Below, piece after piece: positions 38,602 through 49,147 of a stretch of 64,000 nt of DNA; position 1 is the first letter of the stretch; every line of letters starts with the position of its first letter. The position numbers and the translations under genes are program-made. A model generated the notes under the pieces. It searched no databases. It had not been told where the DNA came from and was given only the letters and a program-made list of their open reading frames with translations. Source of the DNA: an uncultured Candidatus Saccharibacteria bacterium (GTDB lineage Bacteria > Patescibacteriota > Minisyncoccia > Phycocordibacterales > UBA6899); NCBI GenBank assembly GCA_964469335.1, contig CAYXYK010000003.1, forward strand, positions 68,671 to 132,670, given 5' to 3'.

Positions 38602-38614
38602 ATGAGAGAGAACA

Positions 38615-39628
38615 CTAGACCGATAGTTCCGTGACGTGATAGTCAGCTGGGCCTTCCGCAAGGTACTTCTCGAGGGCATCTTTTGTGAGAAGACCTTCTT
38701 GTGCGCCGACATATTGTACGACGGACATAGAGTTGATCGGACCCCACTGGAGTGCGGTCTCGATCGGCAGTCCGAGTGCGAGAGCGACGGTGATCGTTGA
38801 TGCGCATGCATCACCCGCGCCGGTGCGCTCATACGGAGGTTTCGGGTCAGGGTACGGAGGCATGAAGAAACTCTTCCCGCTGTATGAATCGTACGCATAT
38901 GCTCCCTTCGGGCCGTCAGTGATGACGGAGATCTTCGGTCCGAGCGCGCTCATCATCTTGCCGAGTTGTTCTGAAGCGACCTTGTTCTCACCGAGAATAA
39001 GACGAGCTTCTTCGACATTGCAGAAAAAGATCTCTGTATGTGCGTAGAGATCCTTGAGCGCCTCCTTGCCAAGCTTGATCTGGAATGTACCGGGTTGGAA
39101 TGCAAGTTTCACCGTGGGGTGTGCCTTAAGGTATTCTGCTATCTCAAGATGATAGGGAAGTGAGTTGTCACCGACTGAACTGAAATACAGCCATTTCGGA
39201 TTCCCGACCCCAGGTAGTTTATAGTCATACGTCTCATGCTTGATGAGGATGGTGCGCTCGGCATTGTGCCAGAGAACATAATGAAAGTTGGTGAGTTTGT
39301 CAGAATGTGTCTTCACGAAGTTGGTCGAGACGTTATTCTTCTTGAGCTCATCCGTCACTGCGACCCCGCGGTCGTCGCCGCCAACATCCGCGACAAGTGC
39401 CGCCTTGAGTCCGAGGCGAGATGCAGAGACTGCCGCGTTCGCGGCATTCCCGACTCCAGCGAGAATGACATGGAAATCGTAGGGGATCTTCGCGCCGTTC
39501 ACAAAGCAGAGCTCTTCATCGACGACACCCTCGGCGCTTTCGGTTCGCATGACGCTTGCCTGACTGATACGGATGAAGTCGTCTATGACGGTGTCTCCGA
39601 TCGCAACAAAATCAAATTCTTGGTCCAT
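38615..39628 (-). CDS. PfkB-family carbohydrate kinase
   Basis: Ribokinase-like fold; C-terminal GAGDA anion-hole motif (RTGAGDACAS); N-terminal GG dipeptide region. Confidence 0.8.
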   Translation of the reverse strand: MDQEFDFVAIGDTVIDDFIRISQASVMRTESAEGVVDEELCFVNGAKIPYDFHVILAGVGNAANAAVSASRLGLKAALVADVGGDDRGVAVTDELKKNNVSTNFVKTHSDKLTNFHYVLWHNAERTILIKHETYDYKLPGVGNPKWLYFSSVGDNSLPYHLEIAEYLKAHPTVKLAFQPGTFQIKLGKEALKDLYAHTEIFFCNVEEARLILGENKVASEQLGKMMSALGPKISVITDGPKGAYAYDSYSGKSFFMPPYPDPKPPYERTGAGDACASTITVALALGLPIETALQWGPINSMSVVQYVGAQEGLLTKDALEKYLAEGPADYHVTELSV

Positions 39629-39744
39629 ATAATTGTGTATTTATAACTTGCAGCCATTATAGCATGGCGATGATCTCCAATAGTGATTTGTCCCCGCATG
39701 CGAGCGATACTATTTGTGCACGGATAATACCTTTTTGGTACAAT

Positions 39745-40797
39745 ATGCAGTATATGAACACTACATTACTTGAAACAACTGCTCGCGCCCTCGTCGCTCC
39801 GGGCAAAGGCATTCTTGCCGCTGATGAGTCGAACGCAAGCGCGAACAAGCGTTTCGTGCTTGTCGGAGTCGAAGAAACAGAAGAGAATCGTCGCATCTAT
39901 CGCCAACTCTTACTCACGACACCGAAGGCGAAAGAAGCCATTTCTGGAGTCATTTTCTACGACGAAACATTCTGGCAAGCGGGGGATGACGGCAAGCCGT
40001 TCCATCAGTACTGCAGTGAGAACGGCATCCTTCCTGGGATCAAGGTCGATGAAGGTCTGGTCGACCTTCCCGGTTTCCCGAACGAGAAACTCACCAAGGG
40101 ACTCGACGGACTTCCTCCTCGTATGGAGAAGTATCGTGATGCCGGCGCAAAATTCGCCAAGTGGCGTTCCGTCATCACTATCGGAGAAGGCATTCCGACC
40201 AATGAATGTATCAACGCCAATGTATTCGTACTCGCACGGTACGCACGGATCTGCCAGGACTACGATATCGTTCCGATCGTCGAGCCGGAAGTGTTATTCG
40301 ACGGAACACACACCAAAGAGCGATGCGAAGAAGTGACCGACAAGGTATATACCGCACTTTTCCTTGCGATGCGTGCATATCGTGTACACCTTCCGGGGGC
40401 GATCCTCAAGACCGGTATGGTGCTTCCCGGTAAGGATTCAGGGGTACTTTCGGAGCCGATGATTGTCGCGGAGCAGACGGTACGCGCGCTGCATACCTTC
40501 GTGCCGAAAGATCTCGGTGGTGTGGTGTTCCTTTCCGGCGGGCAGACTCCGTCCGCATCGTTCCTCAACCTCGACGCGATCGCGAAGAAAGGCCCGCATC
40601 CGTGGGGAGTGACCTTCTCGTATTCACGTGCACTGCAGGATCCCGTACTCAAGTATTGGGCAAGTCATCGCGACGATATCAAGGGGGCGCAGGAGATTTT
40701 CTCACACCAGCTTTCGATCGCGGTCGATTCGACCAAGGGGCAGCTTAATGCTGAATCACTTGGCGGTGACTTCGTATCGACAAGTCAGGACCTGTAG
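39745..40797 (+). CDS. fba: Fructose-bisphosphate aldolase, class I
   Basis: GKGILAADES, Schiff-base Lys region (GAKFAKWRSV), IVEPEVL; extended -10 TGGTACAAT abuts the start; alternative starts at 39664 or 39754. Confidence 0.88.
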   Translation: MQYMNTTLLETTARALVAPGKGILAADESNASANKRFVLVGVEETEENRRIYRQLLLTTPKAKEAISGVIFYDETFWQAGDDGKPFHQYCSENGILPGIKVDEGLVDLPGFPNEKLTKGLDGLPPRMEKYRDAGAKFAKWRSVITIGEGIPTNECINANVFVLARYARICQDYDIVPIVEPEVLFDGTHTKERCEEVTDKVYTALFLAMRAYRVHLPGAILKTGMVLPGKDSGVLSEPMIVAEQTVRALHTFVPKDLGGVVFLSGGQTPSASFLNLDAIAKKGPHPWGVTFSYSRALQDPVLKYWASHRDDIKGAQEIFSHQLSIAVDSTKGQLNAESLGGDFVSTSQDL

Positions 40798-41051
40798 AAC
40801 AAGCACTCTGCATCACCCTAAGCTCCCATCCAATTTCGCCAACATACTACAAGTACGTCTTTTGGGTTGGGTTCCGGACGCTCTCACACCCAAGCCTCTT
40901 CAGTAAATCGTACACATGCTGCATTCCAGATATTTCCGACCCAAAATCCAGAGAAATGCAGGAGGATTGGGGGAAGTTTCCTTGAGCAGGGGAAAGTGGT
41001 ATTCTCTACATATACAACAAGTCTTTTTGTTATTCGCTTAAATCTTAGACT

Positions 41052-42332
41052 ATGAAAAGAACAGGAACGATCATCGGCTTCGCACTTTTGCTCGGGCTTT
41101 CACTCCCGACCGGAGTGGTGTTTGCCGCAGCAACGGACTATACGAATTACTGGACAATGGACGAAGGCACCGGACGCAGCGTGAATGATAGTGTCGGAGG
41201 ACAGAACGGCGTCATGACTGGCTCGTCGACCGGCTTTGGTTGGGCAACTGGTAAGGTCGGCACTGCCATCGGTATGGACGGCACCATGGGCACCGGTGTT
41301 GCTCTCCCGAACGGATTTCTGCGGGGAAGTCAGGGAACGATATCCCTCTGGCTTGATGCACAGTCGCTCACCGATCAGAATGTCATCTTCTCTGGAAAGT
41401 CGACGTCAGACAACAACATCTACGCAGCACTGCTTGTCGACCACGATGGACGTGTGACGTTCCAACTGCGTGATACGACAAGCGGAAATGACCGCAAAGC
41501 ACAGGGGGCGAAACTGCTCAATAAGAACGAGTGGTACAATGTCGTCTTCACCGCGAATGGACAGACCTATCGTGTCTATGTGAACGGCGAGGAGGTGACG
41601 GTTGCAGGCGACAATCTCGGAAAATGGTACCCGGATATCACCAATCATACATTCTCGTATCGTATCGGTATGATCGATGCGAACCCCTTGTCCGGTTCAT
41701 GGAACGGATACCTCGATGACCTTCGCATTTACTCGCGTGCGCTTTCGCTCGATGAGGTGAAAGATCTCTACAGCACCACCAACGCACAGCGTCCGACCAA
41801 CCCTGCAGGAGTCGCACCTAAGGTCACACTCACTGTTTCAGAAGACCACATTCCGTTTGGCGGTTCAGTCGCATTGATGTGGAATTCAGTGAATACCGAC
41901 TCATGTACATTCAGCGGTGCATACAATGGTTCGGTCGCAACGACCGGCTCGATGGTGTTCACAAAGCTTGCCGCAGATTCGCGCTACAGTCTTTCTTGCG
42001 GGAATGCGAAATATGGGAATGATGTCGCGAACGTCAATGTATTCGTCGGCGCTACCGGCGTAGCAACGTCGTCCGTTGTTGTGGTACCGCTTCCTCCCGT
42101 CACTCCTTCAGAGGGAGGAACAGTGTATGCGCGCAACCTGACCGTCGGGTCTCGTGGTGCAGATGTTACCGCGCTCCAAAATCACCTTATCGCGAAAGGC
42201 TATCTTGCCTCGACAGCAACCGGGTATTTCGGCGGTCTCACCAAGTCAGCACTCGTGAAGCTGCAGAAAGAAATGGGTCTGCCCTCAACCGGATACTTCG
42301 GCCCGATGACCCGTGGCGCACTCAATAAGTAG
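41052..42332 (+). CDS. Secreted LamG (concanavalin-like) domain protein with C-terminal peptidoglycan-binding domain
   Basis: Signal peptide; LamG_3-like DDLRIYSRALSLDEVKDLY; PG_binding_1-like ...ALQNHLIAKGYL...GYFGPMTRGAL. Confidence 0.6.
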   Translation: MKRTGTIIGFALLLGLSLPTGVVFAAATDYTNYWTMDEGTGRSVNDSVGGQNGVMTGSSTGFGWATGKVGTAIGMDGTMGTGVALPNGFLRGSQGTISLWLDAQSLTDQNVIFSGKSTSDNNIYAALLVDHDGRVTFQLRDTTSGNDRKAQGAKLLNKNEWYNVVFTANGQTYRVYVNGEEVTVAGDNLGKWYPDITNHTFSYRIGMIDANPLSGSWNGYLDDLRIYSRALSLDEVKDLYSTTNAQRPTNPAGVAPKVTLTVSEDHIPFGGSVALMWNSVNTDSCTFSGAYNGSVATTGSMVFTKLAADSRYSLSCGNAKYGNDVANVNVFVGATGVATSSVVVVPLPPVTPSEGGTVYARNLTVGSRGADVTALQNHLIAKGYLASTATGYFGGLTKSALVKLQKEMGLPSTGYFGPMTRGALNK

Positions 42333-42362
42333 CTAAAAGATTGCGGGAATATTCCACGCGCT

Positions 42363-42396
42363 GAAATGCCCACAAGTTGCGACTTGAGGGCATTTC
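42363..42396 (+). terminator. Intrinsic terminator
   Basis: gaaatgccc acaagttgcgacttga gggcatttc then tgtt. Confidence 0.55.
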
Positions 42397-42434
42397 TGTT
42401 AGTCTGAGACCCATTAACTATTAATTTCAGGATT

Positions 42435-43079
42435 ATGATAACGCTCAAAGCAGTCAAACGAGACGTGAAAGTAAGTCCGAAATCGATCCGCAGAAACGGG
42501 GAAATCCCGGCGGTCTATTACGGATTCGGAAAAGCTTCAACGACGGTCACCGTCAATAAGCTTGAATTTAAAAAGGTATACGCTGAGGCAGGTGAGTCGA
42601 CCATCATCACCCTTGAGACACCGGAAGGGAAGCTCGAGGCGCTCATCCATGATGTCGCAAGAGACGTCGTGACAGGTGAGCCTGTGCACATCGACTTCTA
42701 TATCGCATCGAAGGATCACAAGATGCAGGTCTATGTACCGGTCGAGTTCATCGGCACTTCGCCGGCGGAGAAGCTCGGTGCAGTGGTCACAAAGATCATG
42801 CACGAAGTGCACATCGAAGCGCTTCCTGCGAAGCTCCCGAATCACATCACCGTCGACCTTGCAGCACTCGTTGAGGTGAACAGTCACATCACTGTTGGTG
42901 ATCTCAATCTTGGGGACGGCGTACATGTGCTCACCCCGCTCACTGAGGTCATCGCGCTCGTCGCTATCCCCGGTGCGCCGAAGGAGGATGAGACAGCTCC
43001 CGCTCCTGACCTCTCAGCCATCGAGGTAGAGAAGAAAGGCAAGAAAGAGGAGGAAGAAACAGAGGAAGCAGCGAAGTAA
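42435..43079 (+). CDS. rplY: 50S ribosomal protein L25 / general stress protein Ctc
   Basis: L25 N-terminal beta-barrel (RRNGEIPAVYYG...VHIDFY) plus C-terminal Ctc extension with acidic tail. Confidence 0.88.
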   Translation: MITLKAVKRDVKVSPKSIRRNGEIPAVYYGFGKASTTVTVNKLEFKKVYAEAGESTIITLETPEGKLEALIHDVARDVVTGEPVHIDFYIASKDHKMQVYVPVEFIGTSPAEKLGAVVTKIMHEVHIEALPAKLPNHITVDLAALVEVNSHITVGDLNLGDGVHVLTPLTEVIALVAIPGAPKEDETAPAPDLSAIEVEKKGKKEEEETEEAAK

Positions 43080-43089
43080 TCTGTCAGTC

Positions 43090-43131
43090 GCCATAAGAAA
43101 AATCACCCTGATGGGTGATTTTTCTTATGGC
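43090..43131 (+). terminator. Perfect 19-bp palindromic bidirectional terminator
   Basis: gccataagaaaaatcaccc tgat gggtgatttttcttatggc. Confidence 0.75.
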
Positions 43132-43185
43132 GGGGGGAAATCGCCTTTGGATGTCATATATATGCGGTATAATTGTTCTCATAGC

Positions 43186-44574
43186 ATGGGTACACTTACT
43201 TCGAAGAGCGCATGGCTTCGGCCAGCTACGATTTTCCTCACGTTCACAGTCCTTTTTTCCATAGGAGGGACGGTTTTGGCGCAAACGGCGTCGAGCACAC
43301 CGCCAGCTGCGCCAGTCGACAAGGAAGCGCTGCTCCAGCAGCAGCTCGATGATATCAACCTTGAGATCAAAGGACTCAATAACACCATCGGTGGGCTACA
43401 AGGACAAGGAAAGACACTCAATGGTGATATCAAGCTCCTCAACGCGAATATCGAAAAGGCAACACTCAATATTAAGGCGAAGAATCTGCAGATCTCACAG
43501 CTCTCTCAGGGGATCACTGAGAAATCACGTACCGTCCGTACGCTCTCACAGAAACTCGAGGCGGAGCGACAGTCGCTGGCACAGCTGATACGGAAGACCA
43601 ATGAGCTCGACCAGGCGTCACTTACCGAGATGCTCTTTTCGAACGAAGATCTCTCGAGTTTCTTCCTCGATCTCGATTCATTCGACGCACTACGTGCCGG
43701 ACTCAAGAATTCCTCTGATGCGCTCAAGAGTGCAAAATCAGAGACTGAGGCCGCTCAAGCTGCGCTCGAGGAGAAACAACAAAAAGAGATGGATGCAAAA
43801 GCAGAACTCCAACGCAATAAGCAGCTGGTGGAGTCCAATCAGGCCGAGAAGAAACGGCTCCTGTCGATCACAACGAACAAAGAACGGGAATATCAGAAGG
43901 TGCTTGCGGACCGAAAGAAGAAAGCCGCGGAGATCCGCGCTGCACTGTTCGCGCTTCGTGATTCGGGCGAGATCAATTTCGGAAAAGCGCTCGATTATGC
44001 GAATCTCGTCTCTGCGAAGACCGGCATCCGCCCGGCATTCCTCCTTGCCGTGTTCATGCAGGAATCGAGCTTCGGAAAGAATCAGGGTTCATGCTATCTC
44101 AAAGACAAATCGACCGGCTCAGGTATCGGTGTACGCTCCGGAAGCACGATCGCAAAAGTGATGAATCCTTCTCGTGATGTTCCACCATTCCTGAAGATCA
44201 CCGCTGCGCTCGGGAAGGATCCATACAACACGTTGGTGTCATGTCCTCAGGAAGTGGGGTGGGGAGGTGCGATGGGAGCAGCACAGTTCATTCCTTCAAC
44301 ATGGGAAATGATCTCGGGGCGTATCACGTCGGCGCTTGGCACCGATGCGGCAGACCCGTGGAGTGCCCGCGATGCGTTCATGGCGGCAGGGATTTATCTC
44401 ACTGATATCGGAGCGGTGTCCGGTAGCTATAGTGCGGAGCGCGACGCAGCATGTCGCTATTTCTCAGGCAGTAAATGCAGCAAGTCGAGCTGGGCGAGAA
44501 CGTATGGGGATCAGGTGATGGCGAAGGCTGCGAACATCCAGACCACCATGATCGACCCACTACAGAATACGTAA
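43186..44574 (+). CDS. Secreted coiled-coil protein with C-terminal lytic-transglycosylase-like (SLT/lysozyme-like) domain
   Basis: Signal peptide; long coiled coil; LLAVFMQESSFGKN (catalytic Glu-Ser) and GAMGAAQFIPSTW motifs; TATAAT (43169-43174) upstream; start at MGTLTSK. Confidence 0.62.
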   Translation: MGTLTSKSAWLRPATIFLTFTVLFSIGGTVLAQTASSTPPAAPVDKEALLQQQLDDINLEIKGLNNTIGGLQGQGKTLNGDIKLLNANIEKATLNIKAKNLQISQLSQGITEKSRTVRTLSQKLEAERQSLAQLIRKTNELDQASLTEMLFSNEDLSSFFLDLDSFDALRAGLKNSSDALKSAKSETEAAQAALEEKQQKEMDAKAELQRNKQLVESNQAEKKRLLSITTNKEREYQKVLADRKKKAAEIRAALFALRDSGEINFGKALDYANLVSAKTGIRPAFLLAVFMQESSFGKNQGSCYLKDKSTGSGIGVRSGSTIAKVMNPSRDVPPFLKITAALGKDPYNTLVSCPQEVGWGGAMGAAQFIPSTWEMISGRITSALGTDAADPWSARDAFMAAGIYLTDIGAVSGSYSAERDAACRYFSGSKCSKSSWARTYGDQVMAKAANIQTTMIDPLQNT

Positions 44575-44722
44575 TTTGAGCGCATCGCTCGGTTTTCCCT
44601 CGGCGGGTTTGGAGGCAGTACTATCAGTACAGCTTCGCAAACACCGCCTCAGTCCAAACCTTCGCACTGCATCTCAAATAACGTATTCTGGAATTTCAAT
44701 TTTGCAAAAATATTTTTGGTAA

Positions 44723-44750
44723 GAAAAAAGGCGGCCCGGGTGGGCCGCCT
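44723..44750 (-). terminator. Intrinsic terminator (minus strand) for the GC-rich gene
   Basis: On the minus strand: GGCGGCCC-ACCC-GGGCCGCC followed by TTTTTTCTT. Confidence 0.7.
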
Positions 44751-44770
44751 TGATGGCGCGCTGAAAAGGT

Positions 44771-45547
44771 TCAGCTGCGGAGATCGCGTCGGAAGTTGAT
44801 CAGGTCGGAGAAGAACCGGCCGATCTTGTACCAACGCGTCGCCTTGAGCGCGATGAGCTCCTTGAGCGCCGAGCGGGTGAAGACGATCTTGTCCTGCAGG
44901 TCGCGGTAGCGGTTGTCGGTCGAATTGCCTTGCCAGACATGCTCGGTGCGGCCTTCGAGGTACAACAGGATGCCGTCCATCACCGACTTCTGCTCGACAT
45001 TGAGTGACTCTGCGGTCACGAGCGCCTTGGTGAGGCGCTGCACTTCACCGCTGAGCATGCGGTTGGTGCCCTCGACTCCGGCCGCCGCGATCTCGGTCAG
45101 CTCCAGGATGGTCTGCTCTCGGCCGGCCGGGGTGATCTCGCCACGGCGGATCTTCCGGATCGTCTCTTTGATCTTCGCCAAGGTCGGAGCACGGACGGTC
45201 ATCTCACGGTGGAGCACCCGTTCGTGGTTCACGATCTTGCGGCTGACAACGAGACGGACCTCGGGATCGCCGACGTCGTAATTACCGGTCTGGAGGACCT
45301 CGTCACTGAACACAGCTGTGAACACTGGCATGTCGACCTCGATCTTGGCAGAAAACCACTCGATGTCATCCGCGAGGTCATCGCGAATGACGAGATCGGG
45401 CTCTTGGAACAGGTCATGTTCAATCCGGATGTAATTGCCACGCGCTTCGGTGCCAACGTCCAGGTCGGTCGGTGCGTGGACTCGACACGTGCCATTGAGG
45501 CTGAGTGTGATGCGCGCCTCTTTCTTGAGGAAGCAGAAAATGGACAT
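44771..45547 (-). CDS. Hypothetical protein in a GC-rich patch
   Basis: 258-aa ORF from an ATG preceded by AAGGAAA; the minus strand is chosen over overlapping ORFs because it has a terminator and an RBS; no recognisable family. Confidence 0.4.
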   Translation of the reverse strand: MSIFCFLKKEARITLSLNGTCRVHAPTDLDVGTEARGNYIRIEHDLFQEPDLVIRDDLADDIEWFSAKIEVDMPVFTAVFSDEVLQTGNYDVGDPEVRLVVSRKIVNHERVLHREMTVRAPTLAKIKETIRKIRRGEITPAGREQTILELTEIAAAGVEGTNRMLSGEVQRLTKALVTAESLNVEQKSVMDGILLYLEGRTEHVWQGNSTDNRYRDLQDKIVFTRSALKELIALKATRWYKIGRFFSDLINFRRDLRS

Positions 45548-45794
45548 GAGATTTCCTTCACAATATCGCCTTGTACGCCAACTCTTCGTTGGTCGCTCCG
45601 GTCGATCTGTTTCAAAGAACGGGCGAGGTGAGTCGCCCACGAGTGTCACCGTGCGTAGGCAAAGTAACATGAACATTATAGCACAAAATAGACTATATAG
45701 TCAAATATGGAGGAGAAGTCATTGAGCATCTTTGGAAAATAGGGAACTTCGCGTTCTGGGTATACAGCATCGAAATTGATATATAATTAACAAT

Positions 45795-46319
45795 ATGAAT
45801 ATTCATCCACTGTTCGTGCATTTTCCGCTGGCGTTACTCTCGCTCTACGCGCTTATGGTGCTCGTGCCCATTCGAGTTTCGTCGAAGTTCGCCTGGTGGG
45901 GAGGAGCAGCATCCTTCCTGTCGGTATTCGGTTGGCTTTCCACTCTTCCGACCGCAGTGGCAGGAGGTATCGCGGAAGAACTGGTCAAAGGGAAAGTCGA
46001 CCCTGCGCTGATCGAGATGCATGCGAGTTTCGCCGGAAGCGTCATCTTCATCTTCTTCATTTTCTTTTCCGCCAATGTGGTACGAAGCGCAAAAGAGCGC
46101 GGCTGGGGGGATCGCATCGTTTCGGGGAATGCACTCCTTCAAAAGATATGGGTCATGAAACAGAAGGGAGCGCGGCTTGTCCTCGACACATCCCTCAGCA
46201 AGTTGCTTGCACTAGCTGGGCTGATCGCGATCACTATTACCGGGGCACTCGGCGCGGCGATCGTGTACGGTCTAGGCTTCGATCCATTCGTGGACTTGGT
46301 TTACAAGACATTCATGTAA
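45795..46319 (+). CDS. DUF2231-like membrane protein
   Basis: N-terminal HPLFVHFPLALL motif and 4 TM helices; TATAAT 7 nt before the ATG. Confidence 0.45.
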   Translation: MNIHPLFVHFPLALLSLYALMVLVPIRVSSKFAWWGGAASFLSVFGWLSTLPTAVAGGIAEELVKGKVDPALIEMHASFAGSVIFIFFIFFSANVVRSAKERGWGDRIVSGNALLQKIWVMKQKGARLVLDTSLSKLLALAGLIAITITGALGAAIVYGLGFDPFVDLVYKTFM

Positions 46320-46400
46320 CACGTGTTTCTTGCAAAGTGAGGGAAGAGCGGGTAGGGTACAGCACGGAACGATTCTTCAACATCGAACAACGGAGGTGAA

Positions 46401-46700
46401 ATGACCATTACACAAGCGGTGATCGAGTTCATGACCAACACCCTCAAGCAGAGCGGCCTCATCGTGATGACGCCGCGTGAGTTCCTGCTCGCGCTACTTC
46501 GCCCCGGACACGACTGTCGCGACGGTTGGGTCAGTGCTGAGCGCATCGAAGCGGAATTCGTCCGCTACGGACTCTTGTCTGAACAGGCCAGGGTACTGCT
46601 CGAGACGCTGCAACAGGAAAGCGTGATCGATTTCTGCCTGATACAGAAAGATGGGGTGGGCACCCCGAGCTACCGCCGCAAGCTCAGGCCAGGCAGGTAA
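46401..46700 (+). CDS. Hypothetical protein
   Basis: 99 aa; strong SD GGAGGTGA 5 nt upstream; terminator follows. Confidence 0.45.
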   Translation: MTITQAVIEFMTNTLKQSGLIVMTPREFLLALLRPGHDCRDGWVSAERIEAEFVRYGLLSEQARVLLETLQQESVIDFCLIQKDGVGTPSYRRKLRPGR

Positions 46701-46711
46701 AGCCTCCAAGT

Positions 46712-46750
46712 AAGGCCGGTCCGATCGGACCGGCCTTTCATCGTTTTGGG
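46712..46750 (+). terminator. Intrinsic terminator
   Basis: aaggccggtccgatcggaccggcctt then tcatcgtttt. Confidence 0.7.
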
Positions 46751-46793
46751 GGAATCTTGCCAAAAATAGGGGTGTTTGGTAGAGTAGACCCCT

Positions 46794-47018
46794 ATGAAGA
46801 CAGCTATCCACCCAAAGTATCACCTTGTGCAGGCGACCTGTGAGTCGTGCGGCGCAGTAGCAACTGTCGGATCGACTATGGACACCGTTACCATGGAAAT
46901 CTGCTCACAGTGCCATCCGCTCTTCACCGGTCTCGAGAAGTCACTCGATCAAGGAGGACGCGTCGAGAAGTTCCGCGCACGCGCGGCTTCGGCAGCTCCC
47001 AAGAAAGCGAAGAAATAA
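46794..47018 (+). CDS. rpmE: 50S ribosomal protein L31
   Basis: MKTAIHPKY...CxxC...CSQCHPLFTG...GRVEKF. Confidence 0.9.
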   Translation: MKTAIHPKYHLVQATCESCGAVATVGSTMDTVTMEICSQCHPLFTGLEKSLDQGGRVEKFRARAASAAPKKAKK

Positions 47019-47024
47019 CGACCG

Positions 47025-47063
47025 CAACAAAAAACCGCTGGCAATGCCGCGCGGTTTTTTGTT
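47025..47063 (+). terminator. Bidirectional terminator
   Basis: caacaaaaaacc ... ggttttttgttg arms enclosing a GC-rich inner stem. Confidence 0.6.
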
Positions 47064-47200
47064 GCTAGACTTCTAGAACTCGCGCCCTGCTTGATCTTCC
47101 TTCGGCCAGCTCGACAATGTATAAGCATACATCCTACGAGTATGCCCTCAGAACAGATCTGCGCATTGCATCGAATTCTGTAAGTCTTCATAATACCTGT

Positions 47201-48184
<984 letters not shown>

Positions 48185-48287
48185 TCCTAAAAACCCATAA
48201 AAGCCTTGCCAAAAGCGCTATTTCTTGCCGAAGTGGGGCTTTTTTGCTAATATCACCGAGTTATATTAATAGTTTGAGGATAGAAAA

Positions 48288-48983
48288 ATGACTGAAAACA
48301 ATACCGTAATCGATGCAATGTTCAATGTCGGCGCTCACTTCGGGTATTCCCGAGCTCGCCGTCATGCCTCTGTGCGCTCACACCTGTTCGGTGCAAAGAA
48401 CGGGGTGGATATTATTAATCTTGAAGAGACCGCAAAGATGCTCGCCGCAGCAGAGGAGCGCATTCGCGAACTCGGAAAGCTCGGGAAGCCCGTCGTCTTC
48501 GTCGGCACCAAGATGGAGGTTCGCCCTCTCGTCGAGGCAGCAGCGAAGTCACTCAATCAGCCCTACGTCACAGAGCGTTGGGTCGGCGGCATGCTCACCA
48601 ACTGGCCGGAGATCAAGAAGCGCACCGCGCGTCTCAAGGAACTCTCGGACAAGTTCTCAAAGGGTGAGCTCGAGAAGTACACCAAGAAGGAACGCCTTTT
48701 GTTCGAGCGTGAAATGGCAAAGCTCCAGACCGAGTTCGGAGGTATCGCCGCTCTTGAAGGAACTCCCGCAGCACTCGTCATCGTCGACCCTCGCGAAGAG
48801 CACATCGCTGTGCTCGAGGCGATCAAGATGAAGGTGGAGATCATTGCGCTTCTCAACACCGACTGCAACAAGAACGAGATCACATATCCGATCCTTGCGA
48901 ATGATTCGGCACTCGAGAGTGTGAAGTATTTCCTCGCACAGCTTGGTGCAGCATTCACTCAGGGCGTGAAGTCTCGCGCATAA
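48288..48983 (+). CDS. rpsB: 30S ribosomal protein S2
   Basis: S2 signature (VGAHFGY, VVFVGTK, ERWVGGMLTNW). Confidence 0.95.
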   Translation: MTENNTVIDAMFNVGAHFGYSRARRHASVRSHLFGAKNGVDIINLEETAKMLAAAEERIRELGKLGKPVVFVGTKMEVRPLVEAAAKSLNQPYVTERWVGGMLTNWPEIKKRTARLKELSDKFSKGELEKYTKKERLLFEREMAKLQTEFGGIAALEGTPAALVIVDPREEHIAVLEAIKMKVEIIALLNTDCNKNEITYPILANDSALESVKYFLAQLGAAFTQGVKSRA

Positions 48984-49147
48984 ACTTGCCTGTTCGGCTA
49001 CCTCCTTCGTTGCCAGCGTCATGAATCTCCTCAACGTACTCGAAGTACGTCTCGGAGATATCATTCCTCGGCGCCTCGGATATCATCCGAACAACCAAGT
49101 TTAAAGATTCAAAATGGAATTCTTTGTAAGTTAATTGAAACAACAAT

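Noticed and set aside
40798-41051. A 254-bp intergenic region after fba, checked for SRP RNA, RNase P or tmRNA signatures
   Set aside because: GUUCCGGACG resembles part of the 4.5S RNA domain IV motif but does not match it. No RNase P or tmRNA consensus blocks recognised. The region probably holds the promoter or leader of the LamG gene.
44913-45725. Several overlapping plus-strand ORFs and a possible GvpL/GvpF (gas vesicle) assignment for the 44771-45547 protein
   Set aside because: The plus-strand ORFs lack start context, and the minus-strand ORF has an RBS and a terminator. I noticed an FCFL..EA stretch reminiscent of GvpF. I could not align the rest of the protein to GvpF/L from memory, so no gas-vesicle call is made.
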